A DNA stretch of 64,000 nt, from positions 41,986 through 105,985 of the forward strand of contig JBHLLT010000006.1 in NCBI GenBank assembly GCA_048938855.1. The letters run 5' to 3'. Made by a program: the position numbers and the translations under genes. This document shows, piece by piece, positions 9,680 through 20,767 of this stretch (its first letter is position 1; each line of letters starts with the position of its first letter). The notes under the pieces were generated by a model that was given only the letters and a program-made list of their open reading frames with translations, made no database searches and was not told the DNA's origin. Source of the stretch: Promethearchaeota archaeon (GTDB taxonomy: Archaea; Asgardarchaeota; Lokiarchaeia; Sigyniarchaeales; SOKP01).

Positions 9680-11473
9680 TTGAAAGACGATAATTTAAAC
9701 AGAAAGGAAAATATTATCAAAGAATTAATTAATTCTGGGATTAATATAACCCCCTCAACTTTAGAAATGCTTCTAAATTTAGATAATCCCTTAAAGAAAG
9801 TTAAATCAGTAATTAAGAGCGTTAGTTTTCTTCCGAATTTTAATAGTCATCTAACTGAGGAGATACTTCAGAATATATCAAAAGAGGATTCACAGAAATC
9901 ACTAAAAAAGGTATTATTAAAAAAGATGGAGTTAAAAATTACTCAAGAGAAAGAATTAAACCAAGCTATTGGAAAAGATGTATCCACATCAGTAAGTATA
10001 GAAACAAATGAGAAGATACTGCCCAAATCTCAAAGATCCACTGAGAATACTTCTATGTTAGAAAATTCTGTGGCTTTAAATAACGAAAAAATAATTACAC
10101 CTAATTCTTATGGAACTTTTTCTAAAAATATTGTAAAAAGTAAGGTAAAGATGAGTAATGTTGAAGGATCGCGATCATCTCTTACCTTTAAACCGATAGC
10201 AAAAGAATTTACATCTTCTTATAGTATTTTAAAAGATCCTACGGGAAAACTTTATACAAGTGGAGAATATGAAGATTTCTATAATTTAACGGTAGATAAA
10301 TTCAACAGACTTCGAAAATTAATAAGAAAAAGATCTGATGTTCTTTCTGCTAATAATATTAATAATATCCTAAGACTAACAAATAATGTTGAAGTATCAG
10401 CAATAGGATTAGTCAATGAAATTCGAAAAACTAAAAATGGAAATTTCTTCTTAACTATGGAAGATCTTACTAATAACGTCAATGTACTTATACGTAAAGA
10501 TTCAGAAAATCAAGAAAATGTAAAAATTGCAGAAAGAACTATTAATGATCAAATGATTTACATCGAAGGGACTTATAAACCAGGAGAAAAAGGAAAAAGT
10601 GGTATTATATATTGTAATTATATCTCCAAAATTGATGTTCCAAAGGATTTTGAACCTAATTTTTCACCAGATCCATTATCAATTGTTTTAATTTCTGACA
10701 CTCACATCGGTAGCAAAGAATTTGAGGAAAAATTATGGGAAAGGTTTCTGAAATTCTTAAATGGAAAAATAGGTAATAAAACTCAAAGAGAACGAGCTGG
10801 AAAAATTAAATACATTATAATAAATGGAGATTTAGTTGATGGTATTGGCATTTATCCTACACAAAAGAGTGATCTATTAATTACAGACATACATAATCAA
10901 TTTAAAAGGGCAGCGGAAATCCTTTCTGAAGTACCTGATTATATTAAAATTTTTTATAGCTCCGGGAATCATGAACCCGTGAGAAATGCACTTCCTAGAC
11001 CTGCTGTACCAAAAAAATATTCAGCGGAACTTATAGATCTCGGTGTTTTATGTATTGGAAATCCCTCACTTTTACAAACACATAATGTAAATACATTAAT
11101 TTATCATGGTGATAGTATCCTTGATTTAAATATGGTGATACCGGGTTTAGATAACAATAAACCTGTAGATACAATGATTGAATTATTAAAATGTAGACAT
11201 TTAGCACCCATCTATGGAAAAAAAACCCAAATTGCTCCCACCAATAAAGATTGGCTCGTAATTGACAAAATTCCAGATATATTTCATACAGGCCACATTC
11301 ACATTAATGGTATGGATTATTATAATCACATTGCATTAGTAAATTCGGGATGTTTTCAGTCTCAAACAGATTTTATGAATTCATTAGGGATACATCCAAC
11401 TCCTGGTATTCTCTCGATCATTGAACTAGATAGTCTTAAAGGAATTCAATTAGACCTAAAAAATAATATTTAA
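9680..11473 (+). CDS. polB: DNA polymerase D small subunit DP1 (proofreading exonuclease)
   Basis: OB fold plus calcineurin-like motifs SDTHIGS, GDLVDG, GNHE, YHG, HTGHIH; transcribed divergently from DP2. Confidence 0.96.
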   Translation: MKDDNLNRKENIIKELINSGINITPSTLEMLLNLDNPLKKVKSVIKSVSFLPNFNSHLTEEILQNISKEDSQKSLKKVLLKKMELKITQEKELNQAIGKDVSTSVSIETNEKILPKSQRSTENTSMLENSVALNNEKIITPNSYGTFSKNIVKSKVKMSNVEGSRSSLTFKPIAKEFTSSYSILKDPTGKLYTSGEYEDFYNLTVDKFNRLRKLIRKRSDVLSANNINNILRLTNNVEVSAIGLVNEIRKTKNGNFFLTMEDLTNNVNVLIRKDSENQENVKIAERTINDQMIYIEGTYKPGEKGKSGIIYCNYISKIDVPKDFEPNFSPDPLSIVLISDTHIGSKEFEEKLWERFLKFLNGKIGNKTQRERAGKIKYIIINGDLVDGIGIYPTQKSDLLITDIHNQFKRAAEILSEVPDYIKIFYSSGNHEPVRNALPRPAVPKKYSAELIDLGVLCIGNPSLLQTHNVNTLIYHGDSILDLNMVIPGLDNNKPVDTMIELLKCRHLAPIYGKKTQIAPTNKDWLVIDKIPDIFHTGHIHINGMDYYNHIALVNSGCFQSQTDFMNSLGIHPTPGILSIIELDSLKGIQLDLKNNI

Positions 11474-11512
11474 TTATTCTACTTATATCATAAAAAACCC
11501 AAATTTTTTCTT

Positions 11513-12193
11513 ATGAATTTTGCAATTTCTCGAAATAGTACTTCCGAAATGTTAATGTATATTTGGAAAATTCTTGATCTTCCTTCTATATTATATAAGG
11601 ATTTACTTTTTAGAATTTCATTTGATTTATATCTTGATCCACCAGAAAAAGCTAAAATTTTCATAAACAAATGTATACAAGAAAAATTTCTTATTAAAGA
11701 TGATAACAATAATCTTAAATTATCAGAGAGTTTAAATAGACAACTCCTTGATTGGCAAAAAAAAAGAAAAATTATGGTTCTTAAAAAGGTTAAGACTGCT
11801 AATAAAATTGAACACTTAAAAAATGATATTTCAAAAAAAACTACCAATTTTAGTGTTTTGATTAATGCATTTGTTGATAAGGGAACTCTAAATAGGGCTG
11901 TAACTGTGTCAGATACTGCTTTTGAGATACTGAAATTTGATCCTTCTATAGGAATTATTAAGGCAAAAGTTAAAGGGACCAAGGAAGAATCATACATAAT
12001 TGAAATTGATATAAATAATAAAATACTACGCCATACATGTCACGACTTTGAATCAAGAAGAGCTGATATGAAAAAATTTTGCAAACATTTAATAAAACTA
12101 TTTTTGCTGTTAAAGGAAAGAAATGAGAAACATGCTGAATTTTTTCTCACTAAAATTGCTGAAAATATTGAAATGTGGGATTTTACTATTTAA
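11513..12193 (+). CDS. SWIM zinc-finger domain protein
   Basis: C-terminal AKVKGT..SY.IEID...HTCHDF...FCKHL SWIM pattern. Confidence 0.7.
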   Translation: MNFAISRNSTSEMLMYIWKILDLPSILYKDLLFRISFDLYLDPPEKAKIFINKCIQEKFLIKDDNNNLKLSESLNRQLLDWQKKRKIMVLKKVKTANKIEHLKNDISKKTTNFSVLINAFVDKGTLNRAVTVSDTAFEILKFDPSIGIIKAKVKGTKEESYIIEIDINNKILRHTCHDFESRRADMKKFCKHLIKLFLLLKERNEKHAEFFLTKIAENIEMWDFTI

Positions 12194-13497
12194 ATCAATT
12201 TTTTAAAGATGTTATTTTTTAACTTAACTTTATCAGTTTGTAAAAAAATAGGTTTATGGTTCATTATTCCTTTTATCTTTTCAATAACAAATAATACTTT
12301 CTCTAATAATTCCAAATCGATATCAAGTTTAATTATCTTAGTTCTACCATAATGCCCCATTGATTTGATTTCGGCTGAGATTATACCTGCTAATGATAAT
12401 TCGTTAATATAATCACTTATTCTTCTTTTAGTCAATTGTCGTATTCCTGGTAGTAATTTCCTGATCTCGGAGTAAACATCATAAATATCCCCTGAAATGA
12501 TTACATGATCCGGACTAAATTTTGAAATTAAATATATGGAAGCTAATATAAGTTGTGCTTGTAATGGCATAACCTTGATATATTCCATAATGTGATCATT
12601 TTCTAAATCTTCTTGAGCCTTCTTTACATGTTTGGTGGAAACAATTTTATTTTGATCTCTCTCAGCTAATTCCCCTGCTTTCCTTAATAATTGGAGTGCT
12701 TTTCGGGCATCACCATGTTCCTTTGCTGCTAAAGCAGCACATAAAGGAATAACATCCTCTTTTAAAATATTCTCTTGAAATGCGATTTTAGCTCTTTCAA
12801 TCAAAATATCTTTCAATTCATTTGCGTCATATGAAGGAAAAACTATGTGTTCCTCACCTAAGCTAGAAATTATTCTAGGATCCAAATTTTCTCGGAATTT
12901 TAATTTATTTGAGATACCAATCATGCTTGTTTTACAATTATCCAAATTCTCATTTAATCTTGTTAAATCATATAGAATTTCATTTCCGCCCTTCTTATCG
13001 ACTAACATATCTATCTCATCTAAAACAAGAAAGCATATGGAATACCCAATCTTAGAATCTAATAATCCTAAGAGCTTTTTGAATATAATATCTTTTGGTA
13101 AACCTGTGGGAGGAATTTTCTCCTGTCTGGAAATTGTATTATATATGTGGGCTAAGATACGATAGGGGGTTGAAATTATATTACAGTTAATATAAATCCA
13201 CCAAGGCTTAATTTCTGAATTCTGTTGAGCTAACTTTTGGCTTACATATCTTATAGTTGCCGTTTTTCCTGTGCCCGTCATCCCGTAACATAAAAAATTT
13301 GGAGGAGTATCACCTAATAGAGCACATGCAGTCTTTTCAGCGATATCTCTTATTTGAGAATCACGATGTGGTAACTCATGGGGGATGTAAGATGCATCTA
13401 AAGCATCTCTATTATTAAAGATTTTAGATCCTTTAAGATAGTTCTTATAAAATTTATCGATATTAAATTGGTGATCATGATTATTATTTTTCAACAA
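12190..13497 (-). CDS. cdc6: Orc1/Cdc6 replication initiator
   Basis: YIPHELPHRD, Walker A GMTGTGKT, Walker B VLDEID, HGDARKAL, C-terminal winged helix with GHYGRT. Confidence 0.96.
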   Translation of the reverse strand: MLKNNNHDHQFNIDKFYKNYLKGSKIFNNRDALDASYIPHELPHRDSQIRDIAEKTACALLGDTPPNFLCYGMTGTGKTATIRYVSQKLAQQNSEIKPWWIYINCNIISTPYRILAHIYNTISRQEKIPPTGLPKDIIFKKLLGLLDSKIGYSICFLVLDEIDMLVDKKGGNEILYDLTRLNENLDNCKTSMIGISNKLKFRENLDPRIISSLGEEHIVFPSYDANELKDILIERAKIAFQENILKEDVIPLCAALAAKEHGDARKALQLLRKAGELAERDQNKIVSTKHVKKAQEDLENDHIMEYIKVMPLQAQLILASIYLISKFSPDHVIISGDIYDVYSEIRKLLPGIRQLTKRRISDYINELSLAGIISAEIKSMGHYGRTKIIKLDIDLELLEKVLFVIEKIKGIMNHKPIFLQTDKVKLKNNIFKKLI

Positions 13498-13536
13498 TTA
13501 TAACTCCGCTACTCCTTTTTTTATGTGAAGAAATTT

Positions 13537-13589
13537 TTGCACTCGAAATTTTTTATGGGTATATTGCATATTTAAATTTTCTACTGGAT
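13537..13589. promoter_or_regulatory. Pair of inverted mini-ORB-like Orc1/Cdc6 sites upstream of cdc6 (candidate origin or autoregulatory sites)
   Basis: TTGCACTCGAAA (+, 13537-13548) fits YTNCANNNGAAM; ATCCAGTAGAAA (-, 13578-13589) fits with one mismatch; AT-rich intergenic region. Confidence 0.35.
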
Positions 13590-13818
13590 ATTTAAAATTA
13601 ATTATTAATCTTTAATTTATTAGAAAAATGTTAAAGCCTTAATAGCTAATTTTGATGAATCTTTTTAATAATTTATAATATTATTGTCGGGATTTTAAAA
13701 GAATATTATTTATGAAGCAATATTTATTAAATTCTTATTAATAACTCATTCTATTAAAAAAAGTTTAATTTAATTAACTATTTATTTTACTAATGTAAAA
13801 ACACTTTTATTTTAACCT

Positions 13819-14589
13819 TTGTCCGCTAAATCTAACCTTTCCGAAACTGAAAAAAACAATAAAAAAATAGCGGTAATCTTAGCAATTACTTTTGCTTGTT
13901 TGATTTTAGGGAGTTTTATTTTAATAACAATAATGTTCAATTGGGCTGATTGGATTGCTTTATTAATATTCAGCCTTTTAATTATTGTTCCAGCATACAT
14001 TTCAAATGCATCTATGGTGATAACAGGGGGAGGTAAACCAATAGATGGTGGTAGAAATCTCCGAGACGGGAGAAGAATATTGGGAGATCATAAAACTTGG
14101 AATGGATTAAAAGGACCGTTATATATTGGAATACCCATATCATTTTGTATCTTTCTTCTTTTTAATGGATTATGGGAGCCAATCAATAGAGTTATTATTG
14201 ATGCAACCATGCAAGGGCAATATTCTTTATATGTTGATATCAATATATTTAAATATTATTTCATAGGAGGAAATTTTCCAATTAATTTCCTAGTTTTAAT
14301 TATAAGGATTGTTTTAGCTTCATATGGTGCGGTATTGGGTGATTTGATAGGATCGTTTTTGAAAAGAAGATTCAATATTAAAAGCGGAGAACCATTTTGG
14401 ATTATAGATCAATTGGATTTTGCATTAGTAGCACTATTATTCATCGCTATTCCAGGATTCATCGCTCCAAACCTCTTTTTCTTGCCAGATCCTTTCATTA
14501 TCATTTTTCTAATTATCTTGACTCCTGCAGTAAGTGTTATAGCTAACACAGTTGCTTATGTAATTGGTTTAAAAGATGTACCTTGGTGA
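13819..14589 (+). CDS. carS: CDP-archaeol synthase
   Basis: PAYISNA, GGGKPIDGGR..DGRRILGDHKTW, GDLIGSFLKRR, DQLDF, C-terminal KDVPW. Confidence 0.95.
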   Translation: MSAKSNLSETEKNNKKIAVILAITFACLILGSFILITIMFNWADWIALLIFSLLIIVPAYISNASMVITGGGKPIDGGRNLRDGRRILGDHKTWNGLKGPLYIGIPISFCIFLLFNGLWEPINRVIIDATMQGQYSLYVDINIFKYYFIGGNFPINFLVLIIRIVLASYGAVLGDLIGSFLKRRFNIKSGEPFWIIDQLDFALVALLFIAIPGFIAPNLFFLPDPFIIIFLIILTPAVSVIANTVAYVIGLKDVPW

Positions 14590-14606
14590 GGAGTAATAAA
14601 ATAACC

Positions 14607-15110
14607 CTATGAATCCTTGAATTTACACTTAACTTTCAATGGTGAATTTTGATTTTCAAAAATAACGAAATTTTCAAATATTTCATTAACAGCTCTAATA
14701 TAATCTCCATTTCGCCCTATTGCAATTCCTCTTTCTTTAAAAAATAAAAAATAGATCGAAATTTCTCTGTTATTTGAATGATTATCAAATTCTATCTTGA
14801 TATTTTCAATATTTAAATCTGGAAAAAAACTAAATAAAATGTTGATTAATATTTTTTCAATTCTTATAATAATTATCTTTCTATTTCCAATTTCCCTTCT
14901 CATAGAATCTAAATACACTTTAGAGCAAAAATAATGTTGCTTTTTTACGAAGAAAAAGATAAATTGTCTTATAACAACCACAAATTCTGGATAGATTCCC
15001 TGTGTTTTTTCAAAAAAATATTCACGTAGTTTAAGTTCAAAATTCGAATATTTTTTTCTAAATGTAACTAATTGATAAAAAATTAAGTCATCCGCAATTG
15101 TATAGAACAT
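14607..15110 (-). CDS. KH-domain protein, archaeal NusA-like (divergent)
   Basis: RGIAIGRNGDYIRAV is a KH GxxG loop as in archaeal NusA; the first KH domain is degenerate. Confidence 0.6.
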   Translation of the reverse strand: MFYTIADDLIFYQLVTFRKKYSNFELKLREYFFEKTQGIYPEFVVVIRQFIFFFVKKQHYFCSKVYLDSMRREIGNRKIIIIRIEKILINILFSFFPDLNIENIKIEFDNHSNNREISIYFLFFKERGIAIGRNGDYIRAVNEIFENFVIFENQNSPLKVKCKFKDS

Positions 15111-15220
15111 ACTTTATTATTTTTTGTTTTCAATTTAAACTACTAAGAAATTTAATTAGTTAGAAATATCTTATTAATATCAAGAATTTCAAGCAGATAG
15201 AAATTTATTTAATTAATTGA

Positions 15221-15664
15221 ATGAAGATGAAGAAAGTAGGGTACAAATTTTTAGATCACACTGCTGACGTTTCAGTCGAAGCTTTTGGTACAACATTAGA
15301 AGAAGCTTTTGAACAAACCGTTTATAGCTTAATGGAGACTATCACTCCTAGTTTAGGAGCAATATCCCCGATTATTGAAAGAAGTGTTGTAATTGAAGCT
15401 GAAGATAAAGAAGCATTATTATTTGATTTTTTATCTGAATTTCTATATATTTTTGATGTAGAAGAACTAATATTCAATAAAATTGAAATTCAACCAATTA
15501 TTAAAGAAAAAAATAAATATATTCTAAAAGCGGTAGCTAAAGGAGAAAAGTTTAATAAGCTCAAACATGAACCTGGAATTGAAGTTAAAGCTATAACTTA
15601 CTCTTTTATGAATATTGAACAAAAAAAGAATGAAGTCAAGATAAATATTATATTTGATATTTAA
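15221..15664 (+). CDS. Archease (RtcB cofactor)
   Basis: FLDHTADV, EVKAITY and C-terminal IFDI; adjacent to rtcB. Confidence 0.95.
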   Translation: MKMKKVGYKFLDHTADVSVEAFGTTLEEAFEQTVYSLMETITPSLGAISPIIERSVVIEAEDKEALLFDFLSEFLYIFDVEELIFNKIEIQPIIKEKNKYILKAVAKGEKFNKLKHEPGIEVKAITYSFMNIEQKKNEVKINIIFDI

Positions 15665-15688
15665 ATTAAAACTAATAATCAAAAGGAT

Positions 15689-17161
15689 TTATCCTTTTAC
15701 TACTCCTACAGGAACTAATCTTACTATTTTTTCAACGATTTCAAGATCGTGGCTCACCTGAACAACTTGATCTATGTCTTTATATGCACCGGGTGCCTCT
15801 TCGGCAATCACTTTCATCGAAGCTGCTCGTACCATAATTCCTTGTTTACTTAAACTATCTTTAACACGTTCTCCCCAATATTTTTTTGTAGCTTTAGCTC
15901 TTGACATTACTCTTCCCGAACCATGCGCAGTGGAACCAAATGATAAATCCATCGCATTCTCCTTCCCAACACATAGATAAGAAGCAGACCCCATAGTTCC
16001 TGGAATTAATACTGGTTGTCCAATAGATTTATATTTTTGTGGTATATCAGGATGATTTGGCGGAAATGCTCTCGTAGCACCCTTTCTATGAACGTTTAAC
16101 TTCATTTTTTTACCATCAATTTCATGTTCTTCAATTTTTAAGATATTGTGGCAAACTCCATAAATAAGGTGTAAATCTAAAGCATCTATATCTCTTTGAA
16201 AGGTTTGCTGAAATGATTCTCTTAACCAATGTGTGATTAATTGACGGTTAGTAAATCCAAAATTAGCTGCACATGCCATTTGTTTTAGATAATTTTGTGC
16301 CTCAGGAGTATTTGCAGGTACGCACGCTAATTCTCTATCTGGTACTTTTATATTATATTGTTTCATAGCCTGCTCAATATTGCGTAAAGAATCTGAACAT
16401 ACTTGATGTCCAAGGGCTCTGCTTCCTGTATGAATCATAACAGTAATTTGATTCTTATCATGAATTCCCAACTTTTCAGCGATACTTTTATTATAAATTT
16501 CATCGACTTTTTGGATTTCTAAAAAATGGTTTCCACTACCTAATGAACCAAGCTGTTTTATTGCACGCTGTTTTGCTTTCAATGAAACCAGTTTAGCATC
16601 TGCATCCATTAAACATCCATTTTCCTCTAAATGATTAATGTCTTCTTCAATAGCATAACCATTATCTAATGCCCATTTTACACCATTATTTAAAACATCA
16701 TCTAACTCTGAATAACTAATATTAAGTTTGCCCTTCGAACCCAATCCTGAGGGGATATTTGTAAATATTCTATCCAATAAATTGGGAAGAACATTCTTAA
16801 TATCATTAAGAAATAAATTAGATCTTAATAATCTTACACCACAATTAATATCATATCCTACTCCTCCAGGAGATATCATTCCTGTATCTGCATCTGTTCC
16901 AGCAACACCACCAATACAGAATCCATATCCTTGGTGGGCATCTGAAAGAGCAATCGCATGTTTTTGTATTCCGGGTAAACAAGCAACATTACAAATCTGA
17001 TCTAATGTCCGATCCAACTTTATTTTCTCCAAAATATAATCATTAGCATAAATTTTTACAGGAACTCTCATCTGAAATTTTTCGATATTTCCTTTAATCC
17101 GCGACATTAATGTTTTTGGAGGAATTTCATAGATATTGTTATCAATTTTATTGACATTCAT
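15689..17161 (-). CDS. rtcB: tRNA-splicing ligase RtcB
   Basis: DAHQGYGF, GYDINCGVR, GSGNHFLE, HRKGATRA, STAHGSGR, EEAPGAYK. Confidence 0.98.
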   Translation of the reverse strand: MNVNKIDNNIYEIPPKTLMSRIKGNIEKFQMRVPVKIYANDYILEKIKLDRTLDQICNVACLPGIQKHAIALSDAHQGYGFCIGGVAGTDADTGMISPGGVGYDINCGVRLLRSNLFLNDIKNVLPNLLDRIFTNIPSGLGSKGKLNISYSELDDVLNNGVKWALDNGYAIEEDINHLEENGCLMDADAKLVSLKAKQRAIKQLGSLGSGNHFLEIQKVDEIYNKSIAEKLGIHDKNQITVMIHTGSRALGHQVCSDSLRNIEQAMKQYNIKVPDRELACVPANTPEAQNYLKQMACAANFGFTNRQLITHWLRESFQQTFQRDIDALDLHLIYGVCHNILKIEEHEIDGKKMKLNVHRKGATRAFPPNHPDIPQKYKSIGQPVLIPGTMGSASYLCVGKENAMDLSFGSTAHGSGRVMSRAKATKKYWGERVKDSLSKQGIMVRAASMKVIAEEAPGAYKDIDQVVQVSHDLEIVEKIVRLVPVGVVKG

Positions 17162-17287
17162 ACTAACTTTATAAGTAAAACAATAATCAAAAATATTTTC
17201 CTTTAATCTAATAATAAATAAAATATTCTTGGGATTTATAGAGGCTCTTTACTAATTTGTATTACTTATTAAAAAAGAATTACAAGT

Positions 17288-18013
17288 TTATTTTATGTCA
17301 ATAAACGATAGTAAACCTAAATCATCTAAACTTTTTATTATTTTTTGGATTTCTGACTCTGGCCGACCTCCTTCTTCAGCAATTTCAGCAATAGTATGAA
17401 AACCATCAGCGAAATGAGCAATTTTATACTCCTTCTTATCTAGAAATCCTTGAGTAATAACTTGTTTTGGTAGTCTCTTCGCCGTCCATTCCGGCTTTTG
17501 ATCACGTACTTGGCGTAAATCCTCCTCTGAAAGCACTAAACCCCTTTTTGCAATTTGCTTCTGAGATTTCTGAAAGTCTTTCTTAAAAATCTTTAAAATA
17601 GGAAGTCTTAATTGGATCTCTGCAAGTCTACCATTTTGTAAAATCTCATCAATAACTTGATCAAAATCCCGGAAGATACGGACATCACCAGCCCAATTCT
17701 CAAGCTTATCACCAAACTTCTTCACAAACTTATCAATAATATCAGTTAAGGCCTTATGTGTTATTTTTGCATCATCATTTTTATCTGCTGCTGCAGTTAT
17801 CAATACTCCCTCCTTAAAGACCAAAAGCAAGTAAAAGACTTGCATATCAATTACTTTCAATTCTCCAGAACCCTTCGAAAATTCTACACTAAAATCCTTT
17901 AATGCTGTTAGAAAACCGCTAACTAAATCTTGATTAAATTCTATAGTTCCATATTTACGATGGATTAAGCAAATTCCTGTTAATTGATGTATCAAATAAA
18001 CATTGTGTAAAAT
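17288..18013 (-). CDS. Longin-like domain protein with C-terminal winged helix (possible ATT start at 18013)
   Basis: G.CLIHRKYG...QDLVSGFLTALKDFS.E longin pattern; C-terminal ADGFHTIAEIAEE...LDDLGLL HTH. The frame is open upstream to I-L-H-N-V-Y-L after AGAGGTG. Confidence 0.7.
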   Translation of the reverse strand: MLHNVYLIHQLTGICLIHRKYGTIEFNQDLVSGFLTALKDFSVEFSKGSGELKVIDMQVFYLLLVFKEGVLITAAADKNDDAKITHKALTDIIDKFVKKFGDKLENWAGDVRIFRDFDQVIDEILQNGRLAEIQLRLPILKIFKKDFQKSQKQIAKRGLVLSEEDLRQVRDQKPEWTAKRLPKQVITQGFLDKKEYKIAHFADGFHTIAEIAEEGGRPESEIQKIIKSLDDLGLLSFIDIK

Positions 18014-18668
18014 GAGTCCTTAGCACCTCTTTCCTCTATTATAATGAAAAAAATTCTTTTAAAAAGTTTATATTAACATATTTTTATTGATAATAAGAAT
18101 TTTACTATTTATAATTACTGTTGAAAGACTAATTTGTAATGTTCTTATTACAATATTTTATTCCTCCATATTTAAATTCCTAATTAATTATTTTATGGCT
18201 TTTTTCTCTCCCTCTATACTGAAGTTCTTACAAATTTTAGACATCGATTTTCAATCAGCTTTCTGTAATTTAAAAACTGTATGAGTAAACACTAAAAATT
18301 TTCTTATATAGTGTTCTACAAGAGCTTTTGTGTCTAAATTATCCCATAAATATGACAAGCTTTCGTATTTCAATATCTTGAATCCTATTTGATTGTAATT
18401 ACCATTAAGATCTTGGTTTTTTAGTTTATGTTTTAGATTTTTAAGGATAGTACTATGGCCATTTCTAAGTGTGTTAATTATTTCATTATAAAGGTTTCCT
18501 GACTATTTTTGGAAGAAGGATTAAAGGAAATTATAACAGAATACTCATTAATACTCGTATTTAAAAGCGCAAAAAACCAAAATTTAATCATTCTGTAAAA
18601 TCGAATTCAAAAAATAAAAAAAAAAAAAATTAATTAATAGATTTTTATGATATGTAAATACTAATTTT

Positions 18669-20429
18669 CTATTCGCGATAGGTTGGATAAAAGTATAGAT
18701 TTCTCATACTATTATATGGGAATCCTTTCAAGGTAGCTGCGTGTACAAAATAGAGTTTGTCATATTCTAAAGGCATATGATAAGCTTGTACGTCGATAAT
18801 ATAACCTTGAAGTTGTTCATATAAGGCATATCTCGTAGCAGTATCAGTTTCTGCAGCAGCCTTCGCTAGAAGATTCTGTAAATGATGATCATTAATTCTA
18901 GCAAAGTTAGAAGCGGAGGCATTGTTAACTAATGGATCAATCATGTTGAAGGTTTCAAAATAATCAGGACCCCATCCGACATAATAGATGTGAAGTCTTT
19001 CGGGATGAAGTTGACCCAGCCTAATAAATTGATCCCAAGTTAATATTTGGGGTATAACATCGATTCCAATTAAATCCATATCCTCCGTGAACCGTTGGAT
19101 AAGAAGTTCCATGAAGTGACTAGCTACATTGTGTCGGAAATTCCATTGATTGTTTGAGAAGTTTCCTGCACCAGCAGTTGGCACAAATTGCGCTGCTGTC
19201 CACTGAGCCTCATCACCACCTGGAGTGAATACATCTCCCACTTGAGAGCCAACCTGCCAACCAACTCCAAAACCCATAGATTGCAATATCGTTCTGGCTT
19301 TTGGGATATCATAACTGGCACCTGTGGTTGAATAATTATGCGCAGGAAAGCCAGGAGGAACTAATGAGTTAGCTTTCACAGTTCTATCTTGATCAATTTC
19401 TTGATTGAGATATGTATAATTAAACGCGTTTGAAATTGCCTTTCTCCAGGTTCGGTTTATGACTTCAGAGTTAAATGCAATATACCAATAAATAGAACCA
19501 TTAATATAATCATGAACTCCATCTCCAGTTACCGTAATATCTGGATCTGCTACAAAATCAGGTTTGAGTGAAGCAATACCTTGACCTAGGTAATCAATAT
19601 CCCCAGCCAACATTGCATTATTGGCAGTGACAGCATCTCTATAAAATACAAAAACAATCTGGTCCCAATAAGCACCAGTTCTCCAGTATCGCTCCCATCG
19701 GGCAAATCTAATCTCTGAATTAGGAATGTATCTCACTAATTTGAAAGGTCCAGTTCCAATAGCGAGATCTTGACCAAGACTTAGCATTCTATACTTTGGA
19801 GTAGATGTATGACCGACAATTGAACTTGCTGTATAAGCTAATAAACCCTCGCAAGGGGCAAAGGCTCCGGTCAAATAGAGTCTGACTGTTAATGGATCAG
19901 ATGCTTTATGTGCATTCCACCAGACTCTGCTGGCTGCAGTATCAAAGATTGCTGTTCCATTACCAAATTTGTAAATTGAATGTGGAAAAGCCTGAGTTGT
20001 GTTATCGGGTAATGTTCCTGTCGAATTGCCAAAATAATTAATTCTTTCGAATGTAAAAATAACATCTTCTCCTGTTAGTTTTTGACCATCATGGAAATAC
20101 ACATCATCTCTTAATTTAAACTCAACTATTGTTTCAGTAGGCCAACTCCATGATTCAGCAAGTCTAGGAATAATTGGGAAACTTGGGTCTGATAAATCAG
20201 TAGCAATTAGAGGTTCAACAACCTGATCAAGCATATTATTTGATACACTATCCCAAGTATCCAGAGGATCCATAGTGACAGGATTAGATGTTGTGGCAAC
20301 TTTAAGGACTTCTCCTTGTACCGGAGGTGAAACAACGGTCAACATAGCTAAGATAACGTTTCCAACACCAGAAGCAGCTAAAACTACTGCTAGGATGATT
20401 ATCGCTAAATTTTTTTTCTCCATTTCCAT
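18669..20429 (-). CDS. ABC transporter substrate-binding protein, family 5 (peptide/nickel)
   Basis: N-terminal membrane anchor; PRLAESW, FKLRDDVYFHDG, GTGPFKL, GWGPDY. Confidence 0.92.
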   Translation of the reverse strand: MEMEKKNLAIIILAVVLAASGVGNVILAMLTVVSPPVQGEVLKVATTSNPVTMDPLDTWDSVSNNMLDQVVEPLIATDLSDPSFPIIPRLAESWSWPTETIVEFKLRDDVYFHDGQKLTGEDVIFTFERINYFGNSTGTLPDNTTQAFPHSIYKFGNGTAIFDTAASRVWWNAHKASDPLTVRLYLTGAFAPCEGLLAYTASSIVGHTSTPKYRMLSLGQDLAIGTGPFKLVRYIPNSEIRFARWERYWRTGAYWDQIVFVFYRDAVTANNAMLAGDIDYLGQGIASLKPDFVADPDITVTGDGVHDYINGSIYWYIAFNSEVINRTWRKAISNAFNYTYLNQEIDQDRTVKANSLVPPGFPAHNYSTTGASYDIPKARTILQSMGFGVGWQVGSQVGDVFTPGGDEAQWTAAQFVPTAGAGNFSNNQWNFRHNVASHFMELLIQRFTEDMDLIGIDVIPQILTWDQFIRLGQLHPERLHIYYVGWGPDYFETFNMIDPLVNNASASNFARINDHHLQNLLAKAAAETDTATRYALYEQLQGYIIDVQAYHMPLEYDKLYFVHAATLKGFPYNSMRNLYFYPTYRE

Positions 20430-20740
20430 AGTTAAATCACATATTTTTCTTTGTTTTTTTCAAAATTTTTGATTTTTTAAAGAAATCTTTTTCAAGACTT
20501 ACTTCATTTTTATCGATAAATTATAGATTAATTAAAACACGCAAATCTCTTATTTAAATATTATTCTTAATATTTCCGGGTGAATACGCTTTCCCACATA
20601 TCAAGATATTCTGAAATGATTGATTTTTCCGAATTTTCAAAATATCAAAAAACAATTAAACTCTACTTTGTTATTTCTATGTTATAATTCTGTAGAACCC
20701 ATCTTGACTTTAAAATTGAGATATTTGGGAATGAGAGAAT

Positions 20741-20767
20741 TCTCCTAGAAGACATTCTTCTAGGAGA
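20741..20767. repeat. Perfect 11-bp inverted repeat in an intergenic region
   Basis: TCTCCTAGAAG-acatt-CTTCTAGGAGA. Confidence 0.8.

Noticed and set aside
11488-11997. 169-aa minus-strand ORF and the other short ORFs nested antisense in long genes
   Set aside because: They lie opposite well-supported genes and carry no motifs.
18087-18284. Short ORFs at 18087-18284 and 20663-20869
   Set aside because: Low-complexity translations with no motifs, in apparently decayed intergenic DNA.
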